Positions 19,701-28,900 of a DNA stretch of 64,000 nucleotides are shown here, piece after piece. The number at the start of each line of letters is the position of its first letter. Within the stretch, counting starts at the first letter, position 1. The translations under genes and the position numbers were made by a program. Origin of the DNA: Phycisphaerae bacterium. GTDB lineage: Bacteria > Planctomycetota > Phycisphaerae > UBA1845 > Fen-1342. The stretch spans positions 128,001-192,000 of the forward strand of contig CAXXWX010000019.1 in assembly GCA_963675745.2 (NCBI GenBank), given 5' to 3'. The notes under the pieces were generated by a model, which made no database searches, had not been told where the DNA came from, and saw nothing but the letters and a program-made list of their open reading frames with translations.

Positions 19701-21503
19701 AAGTTGCTCGGCCTCGGCCAGCACCCCGCGATCTTGGAGGATCGACGCTAGACCACTCATGCGTGCCACGACAAGTGGATGATCGCCAGGATGCTGCTGT
19801 CGGCACGCCCTTAGCGCCTCACGGTAGAGCTGCTCGGACTCGGCCAGCGCTCCGCGTTCCTTGAGAATGGCCGCGAGATTGTATCGACGGGCCGGGATGT
19901 CTGGATGGCCGTCGGGGAAGAGTCGCTGCGTCATTGCCAACGCTTCGCGGAGATGCGGCTCGGCCTCCGCCAGCGCCCCGCGGAAGAAGAGGATGCCCGC
20001 GAGATTGTTCAGACTGGTCGCAACTTGAGGGTGATCCCCAGGGAACAGCCGCTGACGCATGCCCAACGCCTGTCGGAAAAGCAGTTCAGCCTCGCCGAAC
20101 TCCCCGCGGGCTTGTAGGACGTGCGCGAGGTTGTTCAAGCTGGTCGCCACCGCGACACTGTCACCGGGAAACAACCGCTGGTACATCGCCAGTGCGTCAC
20201 GGTGGAGTGATTCGGCTTCCCCCAACGCTCCTCGCGCTTCAAGGATGTTCGCCAGTCCAAGTAAGCCACTCGCCAGATCCGGATGGTCGCCTGAATGCTG
20301 TTGCTGCTTCGATGCCAGCGCCTCGCGGTAGAGCGACTCAGCAGCCTCTAATTGGCCACGGGCGGCGAGGACGCGCGCGAGACCGGTCAGGCTGGCTGCC
20401 AGGTCAGGATGGCCGCCGGGGAAAAGCCGCTGTCGCATCGCGAGGGCGTCACGATGCAGCGCCTCGGCTTCGGGCAGCGCGCCGCGCTCCTCAATGATGC
20501 GCGCGAGGTTGCTCAAGCTGTTGGCCACGTCGCGATGGTCGCGCGGGAAGAGACGGCGCCGCATCGCCAGTGCGTGGTAGCAGAGTTGCTCGGACTCTTC
20601 CCGCGCGCCGCGTGCGAAGATGGCAGACGCGATGCTTTGCAGGCTCTGCGCCACATCGGGGTGATCGCCGGCGTAGTGCCGCCGGCGCAGCATCAGCGCT
20701 GCACACAGCGCGCGCTCACTAACGGCGTGTCGTCCACTGGCCCATCCGATTGCCCCAATGTCATTGAGACAGGTTGCCAATTCGGGATGCGCGGGGGGGA
20801 AGATCCGGCGACGCACAACTAGCTGACTGACCGCTAACGGCAATGCCCGTTCGTATTCACCCGCTGCGTAGAGCCGGCCTTGCTCAGCCTTGTGTGTCTC
20901 GCTCGACGCCAACTCCCGTCGCGCGGCGGTCGTCAGCGTGCGCAGGTGCTTCAATGTCACTACTTGTTGTTGGGCATCGACGACCTCGTACCAATCCTGC
21001 GGCTGCCCAGCATCAAGCCGAATCTGCACGACATGCTCGGCCAGCCTAATGGCCTCCTCCAACGCCGGCTCCCGCATGGCTCCCGTGTCACCGAGGATGA
21101 CCTGTTTCCGTAGCCCCTCAATCCGTTGCTTCGATTCCCCGATCTGGCCCGCAGTGGGCTCTGGCAGCGTTGGTGGTTTCGGAAGCGTCTCCGGATGACG
21201 CACCATTTCGAGCACTTCCTCCAGCGTCGGAGTCGGCGCCAGGCTGGCGATGATCTCCTCCACCGTCGGCGGATTCAGCCCGGCGATGTACGCATCAAGA
21301 TCAAACGCCTCCCCGATTGAGCGGAACTCCTGTTCGCTCATGGGCCGCTCAGCATTCGGCTGCGACGTAACGTCAGTTGGATTGACAGGCGTATTCTTCC
21401 GCGATCGGTCATCCTGGTCCTGTACCGACGCCGCGCCCGGCGCAACCATGGCCACGAGCAGCAGCGCACCGCTCCCGAGACACAACGCAGTGTGTGACGA
21501 CAT
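16779..21503 (-). CDS. Exported TPR-repeat CHAT (caspase-like) protease with PDZ insertion, ~1574 aa
   Basis: GGAGG RBS and signal-like N-terminus at 21503; 15 x 42-aa TPRs (GDHPxVA..L.NLA); dyad HLATHG and LSACDTG; SLWKVDD; HPYYWSAF; PDZ-like GSNAAQAGLRRGDVI. Confidence 0.9.
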   Translation of the reverse strand: MSSHTALCLGSGALLLVAMVAPGAASVQDQDDRSRKNTPVNPTDVTSQPNAERPMSEQEFRSIGEAFDLDAYIAGLNPPTVEEIIASLAPTPTLEEVLEMVRHPETLPKPPTLPEPTAGQIGESKQRIEGLRKQVILGDTGAMREPALEEAIRLAEHVVQIRLDAGQPQDWYEVVDAQQQVVTLKHLRTLTTAARRELASSETHKAEQGRLYAAGEYERALPLAVSQLVVRRRIFPPAHPELATCLNDIGAIGWASGRHAVSERALCAALMLRRRHYAGDHPDVAQSLQSIASAIFARGAREESEQLCYHALAMRRRLFPRDHRDVANSLSNLARIIEERGALPEAEALHRDALAMRQRLFPGGHPDLAASLTGLARVLAARGQLEAAESLYREALASKQQQHSGDHPDLASGLLGLANILEARGALGEAESLHRDALAMYQRLFPGDSVAVATSLNNLAHVLQARGEFGEAELLFRQALGMRQRLFPGDHPQVATSLNNLAGILFFRGALAEAEPHLREALAMTQRLFPDGHPDIPARRYNLAAILKERGALAESEQLYREALRACRQQHPGDHPLVVARMSGLASILQDRGVLAEAEQLHRDALAMTRRLFSGDHPEVARCLNDLAINLQSAGAPAEAEPLCRDALAMYRRLFPGDHPAVATSLSTLAFVLSSRGALAEAELLDRDALAMRQRLFPGDHHEVATSLSNLASLLSARGMLNEAELLDRDALAMRQRLFPGDHPSVATSLSNLAHTLEKRGELAEVEALLRDVLAMRQRLFPGDHPRIASSLNDLAVILKNRGRLVQAESIQQDALAMAQRLFPGDHPDVAHYLYNLAGILQTRGALAEAEPFSREAFEISERMRTQIVGGERERAAFAQELDLNRRAISYARVLLQANRRNEATGILERGRARALLDLLERPARSMAAEIHVLGEPERARRLEMALADEAQSRISLNDVEILLVARQKERQALESRSDVAPDDRKAKLARFDQEIAGLVNDVAHKRQTLMQAGSDVLIALRGLFPVAQVLSTGEIRARLKRDEIVLTYAWSADTVLLIVTPPAGCGEVRSVFLAAGVGEVGELAERVRAVRQQLATRPNTITPALNAEELIEKLVPDEIRESIVGAKRLVILTDGLLDGIPFKALGIDIPIAYAPSATAYLRMQERRSTARGTDNVVVLGAPIFDRDAPADPDYPDKGVLVSMVVEGSNAAQAGLRRGDVILSYAEQDAADYQALVGSIDKVNKAVQAGERGADSRDVAVTLWRDGEEVETMLAPGRMGVQLDRSAPANGLRAIASATRSLESKAAEVSALDQVRLFGGSLPPLPGTKREAESIAGLFGDGAIVLIGDAATAPQLRESLRQRVPRFLHLATHGLTGSRERPYDASLALTMPESPSPDDIGFLTLDELLSHWLGKLKGCELAVLSACDTGRGIKRGDSVMMLPLGFHAAGVPTVVASLWKVDDTATSLLMVRLYENLLGRFDEPRTAHRRTYQPGECLSKLAALDEAKHWLRNLTRDELRKLQNSGPLAMVDDTPPEERGAEVAHQPVPDSADSDHPYEHPYYWSAFVLYGNPE

Positions 21504-21729
21504 GGTGACGGCCCTCCAAGTCAATGTACCGTACGCCGGAAATGCCCCGCCTGCCGTACTATTGTGGCCGCCACGCCCCGCTTCCACAACCTGGCCCAGC
21601 AGACCTCGCCGCGCGACCAGCAACACGGCCGCCGTACCAAGCGAATTGCCCTGATCGGAGCGCGCGGGCGCGGCACGCCGCCACCTAGCTGGGCCGTCGT
21701 GCCTGCGCCGCGTTGGATGTACTCGCCGA

Positions 21730-21825
21730 CTACACGGAAAAGACTTCCCAGAGGTTCGTGAGGATCGCCGACACGAACTCGCCCGCGCTGTAGAGCAACG
21801 GCTGAATGATGGCGTGCTGATACAT
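21730..21825 (-). CDS. Putative 31-aa small protein MYQHAIIQPLLYSAGEFVSAILTNLWEVFSV
   Basis: GAGGAG RBS 7 nt before ATG; TAG at 21730-21732; followed by GC hairpin and the CHAT gene. Confidence 0.5.
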   Translation of the reverse strand: MYQHAIIQPLLYSAGEFVSAILTNLWEVFSV

Positions 21826-22004
21826 GTGCAATCTCCTCGTGGCGTAAGTGGCCAGGCGATGAATCCGGACCATCCGAATTCCTGCTCGCTGTCGCCTTTT
21901 GACGGTGGTAAGCGGTCGCAGTTGTCTCGCTCAAGCAACCGCCTGCCTTTCACCCCCTCATGCGTAATTGCGGGCGGACATTGCGGGAATTCTTCATTTT
22001 CTAT

Positions 22005-22390
22005 AGAAAGGGGCGTAAGTAGCACTGCTGCATCAATCGCTACGGCGACGCGATCCAGGCCGTAACGCAGCAGCCGTAGCACGTCAATCAGGCTGACCCG
22101 CTCCGGTGTCGTCTCCAGATGCACCGCGATCGCCGTCGTCACCGCGCAAGCCAGGTTGTAGATCAACGCAAATGCCAGCAGTTCCCGCTCGACACCATCA
22201 GCATGTTGACTCCGCAAGACACGCATCCCCAACGTCTGCTTCAAATGCCGCAGATTGACCTCCACCTGCCAGCGACGATAGTACAACTCCGCCAACTCCG
22301 CCGCCGGATACACCTCGGCATCGAGCAACGTGGTAACCAAAGTGATCTGCCGTGTGCGATAGCCACGCCAACGCACCTCTCGCTTGACCC
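22005..22390 (-). mobile_element. IS4-family transposase C-terminal fragment
   Basis: LVTTLLD...LAELYYRRWQVE..LRHLKQTL (YREK motif); N-terminal part absent. Confidence 0.8.
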
Positions 22391-23165
22391 AATGGTCCTG
22401 TACCACGTTGCATCGCGCATCCATCGGAAGTAAAGGTGATCGCGATTTCGCAGGTCGGCGGCCTGCACCACTGATACACGCGAGTAGCCTGACAGTGTGC
22501 GTCCGTGCTAAAGGCCACGGACCCCAATCCCGAGAGTGAAGATGTCCTCGGCGCCGTCTGCGCCCGTTGTGCTGGTCAGGCCCTTGTCCGGGTCTCTCCT
22601 GTTGAACAGGCGCGATCGGCGCCGCCGGTTCGCCGGCCTTGCACAAGGCCAGTCGTCCGAATTCGCCCGGATGAGATTCTCAGTAACGACAGCATCGCGT
22701 GACAGAGTTTTTCTGGGTGTCTCCCACCAGTGCGCTCGCTTATCCTAACTGATACGACTCTTCGGTGAGTGTATTGATATCGGGGACCAACGATCGCACG
22801 GGCGATAGGATGCCGTGCGCAAGCGTGTACCTCGGTCATCGAACCTCGCCGGGGGCTTCGAAAGTGCAGACACGGTGTCGATGGAGGGTGACGTCGTGTT
22901 GGGCCGCCGCTCGCGCAACTGCTGTGATCTTCAGGGCCGGGTTCAGTTTTCCTCCGGCTGGCGGCTGATCCGCATTTGCACAGAATCCAAGTCACTCTCG
23001 AATCTGCGTAAGGACACACGTCTCGAGCGCCGTGTCGCTGCAACGAGTCACATGACGCGTTGACACGCTCGTGTCCGCGTCGAACCGAGAGCAGTGTATC
23101 TACGTCCACCGGCCAGCAACACTTACTGGCCATCGCATACCCTTCCAGGGTAGGGAGAGGCTACG

Positions 23166-25814
23166 ATGAAAACGAGATTTGCGATCCTGGGAATCGTCTC
23201 GATCGGGCTGTTCATCACGCCCGCGATGGCGACACCACTCGGCAACGCGTTTTCGTACCAGGGGCATGTGATCGACGACGGCGTTCCAGTCGATGGATCG
23301 ATCGCCATGGTCTTCACACTGTACGATGATGAGGTGAGCGGACCGCCGCTTGGTATGGTTGTTTTCGACGGCATCCCGCCCAATCCACCGCCGGTTGATG
23401 TCGCCAACGGGCTGTTCATGGTCGAGTTGGACTTCGGCGTCGAGGTGTTTAACGGCGAGGATCGCTGGCTTGAGCTCACCGTTGATGGTGAAACGGTCAC
23501 GCCGCGCCAGCGGATCACCGCCGTGCCGTACGCCCTCCAGACACGCGGGCTGTTTGTACGGGACAACGGCATGGTGGGCGTCGGGACTACTGACCCGCTG
23601 GCCATGCTTCATGTCGGTGGCGCGGCGGGCGCCGACGGCCTCATGTTCCCGGACGGCACGCTTCAGACGACGGCCTATACCGGTGGTGGAACCGGCGACC
23701 TGTGGACCGACGACGGCGATGATATCTTCAATACGAACGCCGGCAATGTTGGCATCGGAGTGCCGTTGCCGGCCGAGCGTCTCGACGTCGACGGTACGGC
23801 GCAGATGACGGGCTTCAAGCTACCGACCGGCGCCACGGCCGGGCATGTGCTCACCTCGGATGCAGCGGGCACGGGCACATGGCAACCAACCCCCGAGGGC
23901 TATTGGTCCGCCAACGGTGACAACATTTCCAACGACAACGCAGGTAATGTCGGAATCGGAACGGCCACGCCGAAGAGCCTGCTGCATCTCGCAGATGAGG
24001 TGTCCGGCCTGGCGTACCCGCTGAGATTGTCCAACGTTGGCAGCGTTGGGGCAGGCAAAGCCACTGGGATTCTGTTCTATTACGGAACAGACGGCCTTGA
24101 TCGAGGCAAGGGCGGCATTGCCTATGAATACTCCAGCTCATGGAATCGCGGCAACTTCCATATACTCCAGAACTCAGGCGGTGATGACTCGATCGCGGAT
24201 TTGAACGACGCCGTCATGACGATCCAGAATGACGGTTATGTTGGGATCGGCATGACCAACCCGGACGAGATGCTGACGGTGGCTGGCACGATGCACTCCA
24301 CCACCGGTGGCTTCAAGCTGCCCGACGGCACAATCGTCGATGACGCGGGTGACTTGGGTGGCGGCACGTCACTTTGGAATGAAGCCGGCAGCGATATTTA
24401 CTACGACAGTGGCAAAGTCGGTGTCGGGGCTGCGACGCCCAATTCCAGACTGCACGTGAACGGTGATGGCATCGACCCGTCCCTGCGGGTCCAGGTAAAC
24501 GGCAGTTCGAAGCTCATTGTGGCCGCCGGGGGAGGCGTCAGCGTAGGCGCAAACCAGACCAACCCGCCGGCCAGTGGACTCTATGTCGCTGGAGACGTTG
24601 GCATCGGTGTAACAAGCCCTGGGGCCAGGCTGCATGTTGCCGGGGCCGCCGGAACGGACGGCATCATGTTCCCCGACGGCACGCTTCAGACGACCGCATA
24701 TACCGGCGGCGCGGGCGGTGGTTTCTGGGACAACAATGGTGCCGACATCTACAACACCAATGCCGGTTATGTAGGCATCGGGACAACGTCTCCAGCCGCC
24801 GGTCTGCACGTGAGTTCATCGCAGTCTTGGGAAGACGCCATTATCGAGAGCAGCTCAACGAATCTCACGCAGGTCCGTCTGGCCAACACCAGCGGGGGAT
24901 CGGGCGCGGGGGTGGAGCAGCGGTTCTTCTTGCAGGTGAATGGTACCGGTGTCGGTGACCGCGCTGGCAACTTCGAGATCTGGGCCAACGGACCATCCGG
25001 AAACTACAATGTGTTCGCCAGCAACCCGGCCGGCGCTGTCGGCATCAACAGATCCACCCCGACGCACCAACTCCACGTCGTCGCCGACGGCGCCCGCCAC
25101 GCTGTCGCGGGATACACGAGCGCCGTCAACCACGCCGGCGTTTACGGCCAGACGAGCGTTAACCCGAGCACGGACAACGAAGCACCAGCCGTGATGGGGG
25201 TTCAGATGGCCGCAAACGTGCTCGGGGCTCTGGGCTACGCTTGGGCGGACCTTCGGTACACAATCGCCACGGGGGTCTACGGTGAAGGGGCTGGCTCCGA
25301 TTATGCCGGGTACTTCAACGGCAATGTGAACATTACCGGCATGCTGACCAAGGCCAGCGGGTCCTTCCGGATCGACCATCCGCTCGATCCTGAGAACATG
25401 ACACTGTCACATTCGTTCGTCGAATCGCCTGACATGATGAACATCTACAACGGCAACGTATGCACCGATGGCGACGGCAAGGCCACCATTGCGCTCCCGG
25501 ACTGGTTCGAAGCGCTGAATCGCGACTACCGTTATCAACTCACCGTGATCGACGACAGCGATGACTTCGTCCAAGCCAAGATTGCCCGCGAGGTCCGGGA
25601 CGGGAGCTTTGACATTCGCACCAGCAAGCCGCGCACCAAGGTCTCCTGGCAGGTCACCGGGATTCGGCAAGACGCATACGCCAATGCCAATCGCGTACAA
25701 GTTGAGGAAGACAAGCCCGAGTGGGCCCGTGGACGCTATCTGCACCCAGAAGCGTTCGGCCTGACGCGCGCGCGCGGCATCGGTCCGCACGCTGATAGCG
25801 CGGGCGCGGACTAG
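23166..25814 (+). CDS. Secreted fibre/adhesin-like repeat protein
   Basis: Signal peptide; FSYQG..NGLF..LDFG..RWLE..PRQ..VPYAL N-domain; repeated GNVGIG..P...LHV; C-terminal GSFRIDHPLDPEN..HSFVESP domain. Confidence 0.85.
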   Translation: MKTRFAILGIVSIGLFITPAMATPLGNAFSYQGHVIDDGVPVDGSIAMVFTLYDDEVSGPPLGMVVFDGIPPNPPPVDVANGLFMVELDFGVEVFNGEDRWLELTVDGETVTPRQRITAVPYALQTRGLFVRDNGMVGVGTTDPLAMLHVGGAAGADGLMFPDGTLQTTAYTGGGTGDLWTDDGDDIFNTNAGNVGIGVPLPAERLDVDGTAQMTGFKLPTGATAGHVLTSDAAGTGTWQPTPEGYWSANGDNISNDNAGNVGIGTATPKSLLHLADEVSGLAYPLRLSNVGSVGAGKATGILFYYGTDGLDRGKGGIAYEYSSSWNRGNFHILQNSGGDDSIADLNDAVMTIQNDGYVGIGMTNPDEMLTVAGTMHSTTGGFKLPDGTIVDDAGDLGGGTSLWNEAGSDIYYDSGKVGVGAATPNSRLHVNGDGIDPSLRVQVNGSSKLIVAAGGGVSVGANQTNPPASGLYVAGDVGIGVTSPGARLHVAGAAGTDGIMFPDGTLQTTAYTGGAGGGFWDNNGADIYNTNAGYVGIGTTSPAAGLHVSSSQSWEDAIIESSSTNLTQVRLANTSGGSGAGVEQRFFLQVNGTGVGDRAGNFEIWANGPSGNYNVFASNPAGAVGINRSTPTHQLHVVADGARHAVAGYTSAVNHAGVYGQTSVNPSTDNEAPAVMGVQMAANVLGALGYAWADLRYTIATGVYGEGAGSDYAGYFNGNVNITGMLTKASGSFRIDHPLDPENMTLSHSFVESPDMMNIYNGNVCTDGDGKATIALPDWFEALNRDYRYQLTVIDDSDDFVQAKIAREVRDGSFDIRTSKPRTKVSWQVTGIRQDAYANANRVQVEEDKPEWARGRYLHPEAFGLTRARGIGPHADSAGAD

Positions 25815-25904
25815 ACGATCGGCCCACGCGACGCGCCAGGTGGACAGCGGGCCGATGCCGGCCGCAGTGTCCGACGCTCAGGCGCGCCAGGGAGGCACCT
25901 CACA

Positions 25905-28900
25905 ATGAGATCCGCCATTAAGACAATAGTAGCGATCACCGTCCTGACGCTCACTGTGCTTTCGGTCGATCTACCGACACGCGCTGACGACGGCGTTACG
26001 GGCGAACCCAACCATCCAGCCGCACGCAACCCGGGCGCGACGGTGCCGTGGTATTCGCATGACGCCGGCGGGGCGCGCGGCACGTCGAGTTCATATCAGG
26101 TACTCGGGACAGTCGGGCAACCGGATGCCAGCACTGTACTGATAACACCCGGCGGTCTGCAACTCACGGCAGGTTTCTGGCAACCCTTCATCACCCCACA
26201 GATCGACCGCGTATCGCCGCCATTGCTGGATTCGGCCGGCGGAACGCCGATTCAGATCTTCGGGCAGGGCTTTGGCCCCGGCCTGACGGTGCGCATCAAC
26301 GGCGCCACTGTCACCAACCTGGTAGTGATTGATCAATGGCGGATGACGGCGTTGGCACCCGCGAACCCGGCGGGCACCTACGACGTTGATATCATCCAGA
26401 CCGCCGCAGGTGCAGCCGTTGCGACGCTGCCCGAGGCCGTATCGTACGGGACCGCACGCGCACGACCGATCGCGGACCTCGAATCCGCTCACCTCGGTGA
26501 CCGAATCGTGTTCAGCTGGTCAAATCCGCTGGTGTACGACCAGATCTTCATCAGCGGTTCGGATGGGTCAGAGTACACGTTGCCCGGCGACGCAACCTCG
26601 TTCGTCGTATCTCCCGCTCCGCCCGACCTGTCGGCCGAGTACACTTTGACGCCCTCAATTCAGGGCGAGCCCGCCCATGCTTCGGTCGCCACTGTCGTTC
26701 ACCCCACAATCAACATGACTTGCGAGCGTGAGGGGGTCGACCGGCTTGGGCACATAACCAATCGGTCAATCAGGCTGCGCGGGGATGCGCGCGACGTTGC
26801 GGGTGCATACTTCAGCACAACACTGCCGTACGATTACGGATTCAAACTGGTGGCGTTGCTGAAGCGCGGCTCTAACACAACCAACACCGGCGCGCTACGC
26901 GCCGACCTGTACGACATCAGTGATCCCAATATAACCGTCGCGACGGCCAGCTATGGTGATCTTGCAAAGTTCACGAGCTTCAAGCTCGAGGTGGCGCAGT
27001 TTACCGGGCTACTGCCTGCCGGAGACTACGGCGTTCGGTTGTATGTCGATGGTGGCGCGCCGGACATCGTCGAATTCGAGGTGATGGAGTACTTCAAAGA
27101 CGGAGAGACGTTACCTGACCCAGGGCCTCCTTATCCGTGCCCGCCTTACGCGGCGTTCTTCGTGTCACCCAATGTGTGCGGCGAAATACCGCCGGTGGTG
27201 TCCGGGATCGAGTTGAATCGCGTCACGGAAGCGGAAAACGGTGTTCTGGGTGTGGTCGCCGAAGCAATCGCTGACGACCCTGACGGCGAGGTAGTGGAGT
27301 ATGAGTGGCGGCTGGTGTCGGAATCGCCACTGTCTGAGAAGTCCGACGACTCCTCAGTCATCGCGCGCGTAACCCTGACGCCGGTGGAGCTCATGTTCAT
27401 CTGGCAGTGGTACTTCACGGTTCCTGAATACGGCGACTACAACGTCCGTGTGTGGGTGCGCGACAACGATGGACTGCGCGCCTGGGGCAGCAAGACGCTG
27501 CAAGTCTATCCGCCGGGCGACCCGCCTGCCGCTGGGCAAGGACCGAGAGTCAGTCACCTGTCGCCCGACCCGAATGACGGGCCACTATCACTGGTCCCCG
27601 GTGTCAGCGCGCTCGATCCCAACACACCGGCTGTCTTTCAGGAGTTTCGCGCGTACGTGCAGTCACAGCCGGGCACGATGGTCGCCAACGTCAGCATGGA
27701 GTTGCGCGACGCGGATGACGATACGTTGTTGGCGCCAGCGGAATCGGCGACGACCGCACTGACTGGTGCAGCCGGCTTCTGGCATGCCCGGTTCAACATT
27801 AGCGCGCTGCCACGCCGCGAGCAGGTTGTGCTGCGTATCCACGCCAGCGATTCGGCGGGAATACCCAGCGCAACCGATTGGCTACTCACGTTGAGCCCCA
27901 TTTTCGACGCGGACTGCCTCAACTACGTGAAAACCGACCTAACTTACGATCCGAACGCCGGCCAATATGACGTGGCATTTACACTGCCTGACGACCCGAA
28001 TTGGTTCAACTGCCCAATCACGATACCAGTGATCGACGTTGAGTTGCAAAACCGAGTTGTGGCGTCGTTTAAGACGGCGTTTCGACTGCTCGAGGGCCTG
28101 TGGTCCAGCGAGAAGCTCCGCGGCGAGATCATCGCTGAGTTCTTCAGCATTGATGTGCTGGACAAGTCGTGGGAAGCAAACGCAGTCGGTGAGCCGACCG
28201 AGGCGCCGGAATTCGGCGCGGATTATGAGCTCGTGAGCACACGGAAACTGCACGACACGCTGAAGTTCGACAAGTATCTGCTCAATGACTATCCGCTGTA
28301 CGAAATGCTGTTCTTCCGAGTGACGCTCGATGTACGTATCCTGGCTTGGTACGACACGCTGCTCAAAAACGTCTTGCTGAATCTGTTTGGCGACGAGCCG
28401 TGCGTTGGCCTGAGCGCGACGGCGCTCCCCTGCGGCCGGGCAGACGCGGAGGGGACGGTCAAGGTGTCGGCGGTCGTGGCCTGGGTCGAGGGAGGCGCCC
28501 ATGGCAAGATTCTCGGGGCCTTTCCGATCACGCTCGATTACGTGCCGCCGGCCTCGATTAGGCCCACCTTCGGCTGGTGCTTCAAGTTCAACATCAGTTG
28601 GTTTGCACGGGTCTGCTATGACGTGTGGTTCTCATCCGGTTGCGAGGAGATCGGCGGCGACCTCATCAATACCCACATCCAGGGACCGGGCGACAGGGAT
28701 ACCTGTAGCCAGATTGAGCCGTGCGATTTCGGCGACATCGAACTCTCGCGTCCGCTGCGCCAGGCAAACGCGCCATTTCACAGTCCGGATCAGGCAAGCA
28801 GCCCAGACGGACAACACACCATCGCCGTGTGGATCGACAACGGTGATCCGAATGGGCCGACCTACAAACCCGACGTATTCTTCAAGGTTGACTCCGGCGG

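Noticed and set aside
18950..20800. 126-bp periodic repeats as a CRISPR array
   Set aside because: They are coding 42-aa TPR repeats with no constant repeat and unique spacer structure; no cas genes
21504..22646. 1955-aa ORF as a transposase-CHAT fusion
   Set aside because: The upstream 381 codons are open-frame read-through of an IS4 remnant and intergenic DNA; a strong RBS and signal-like N-terminus mark the start at 21503
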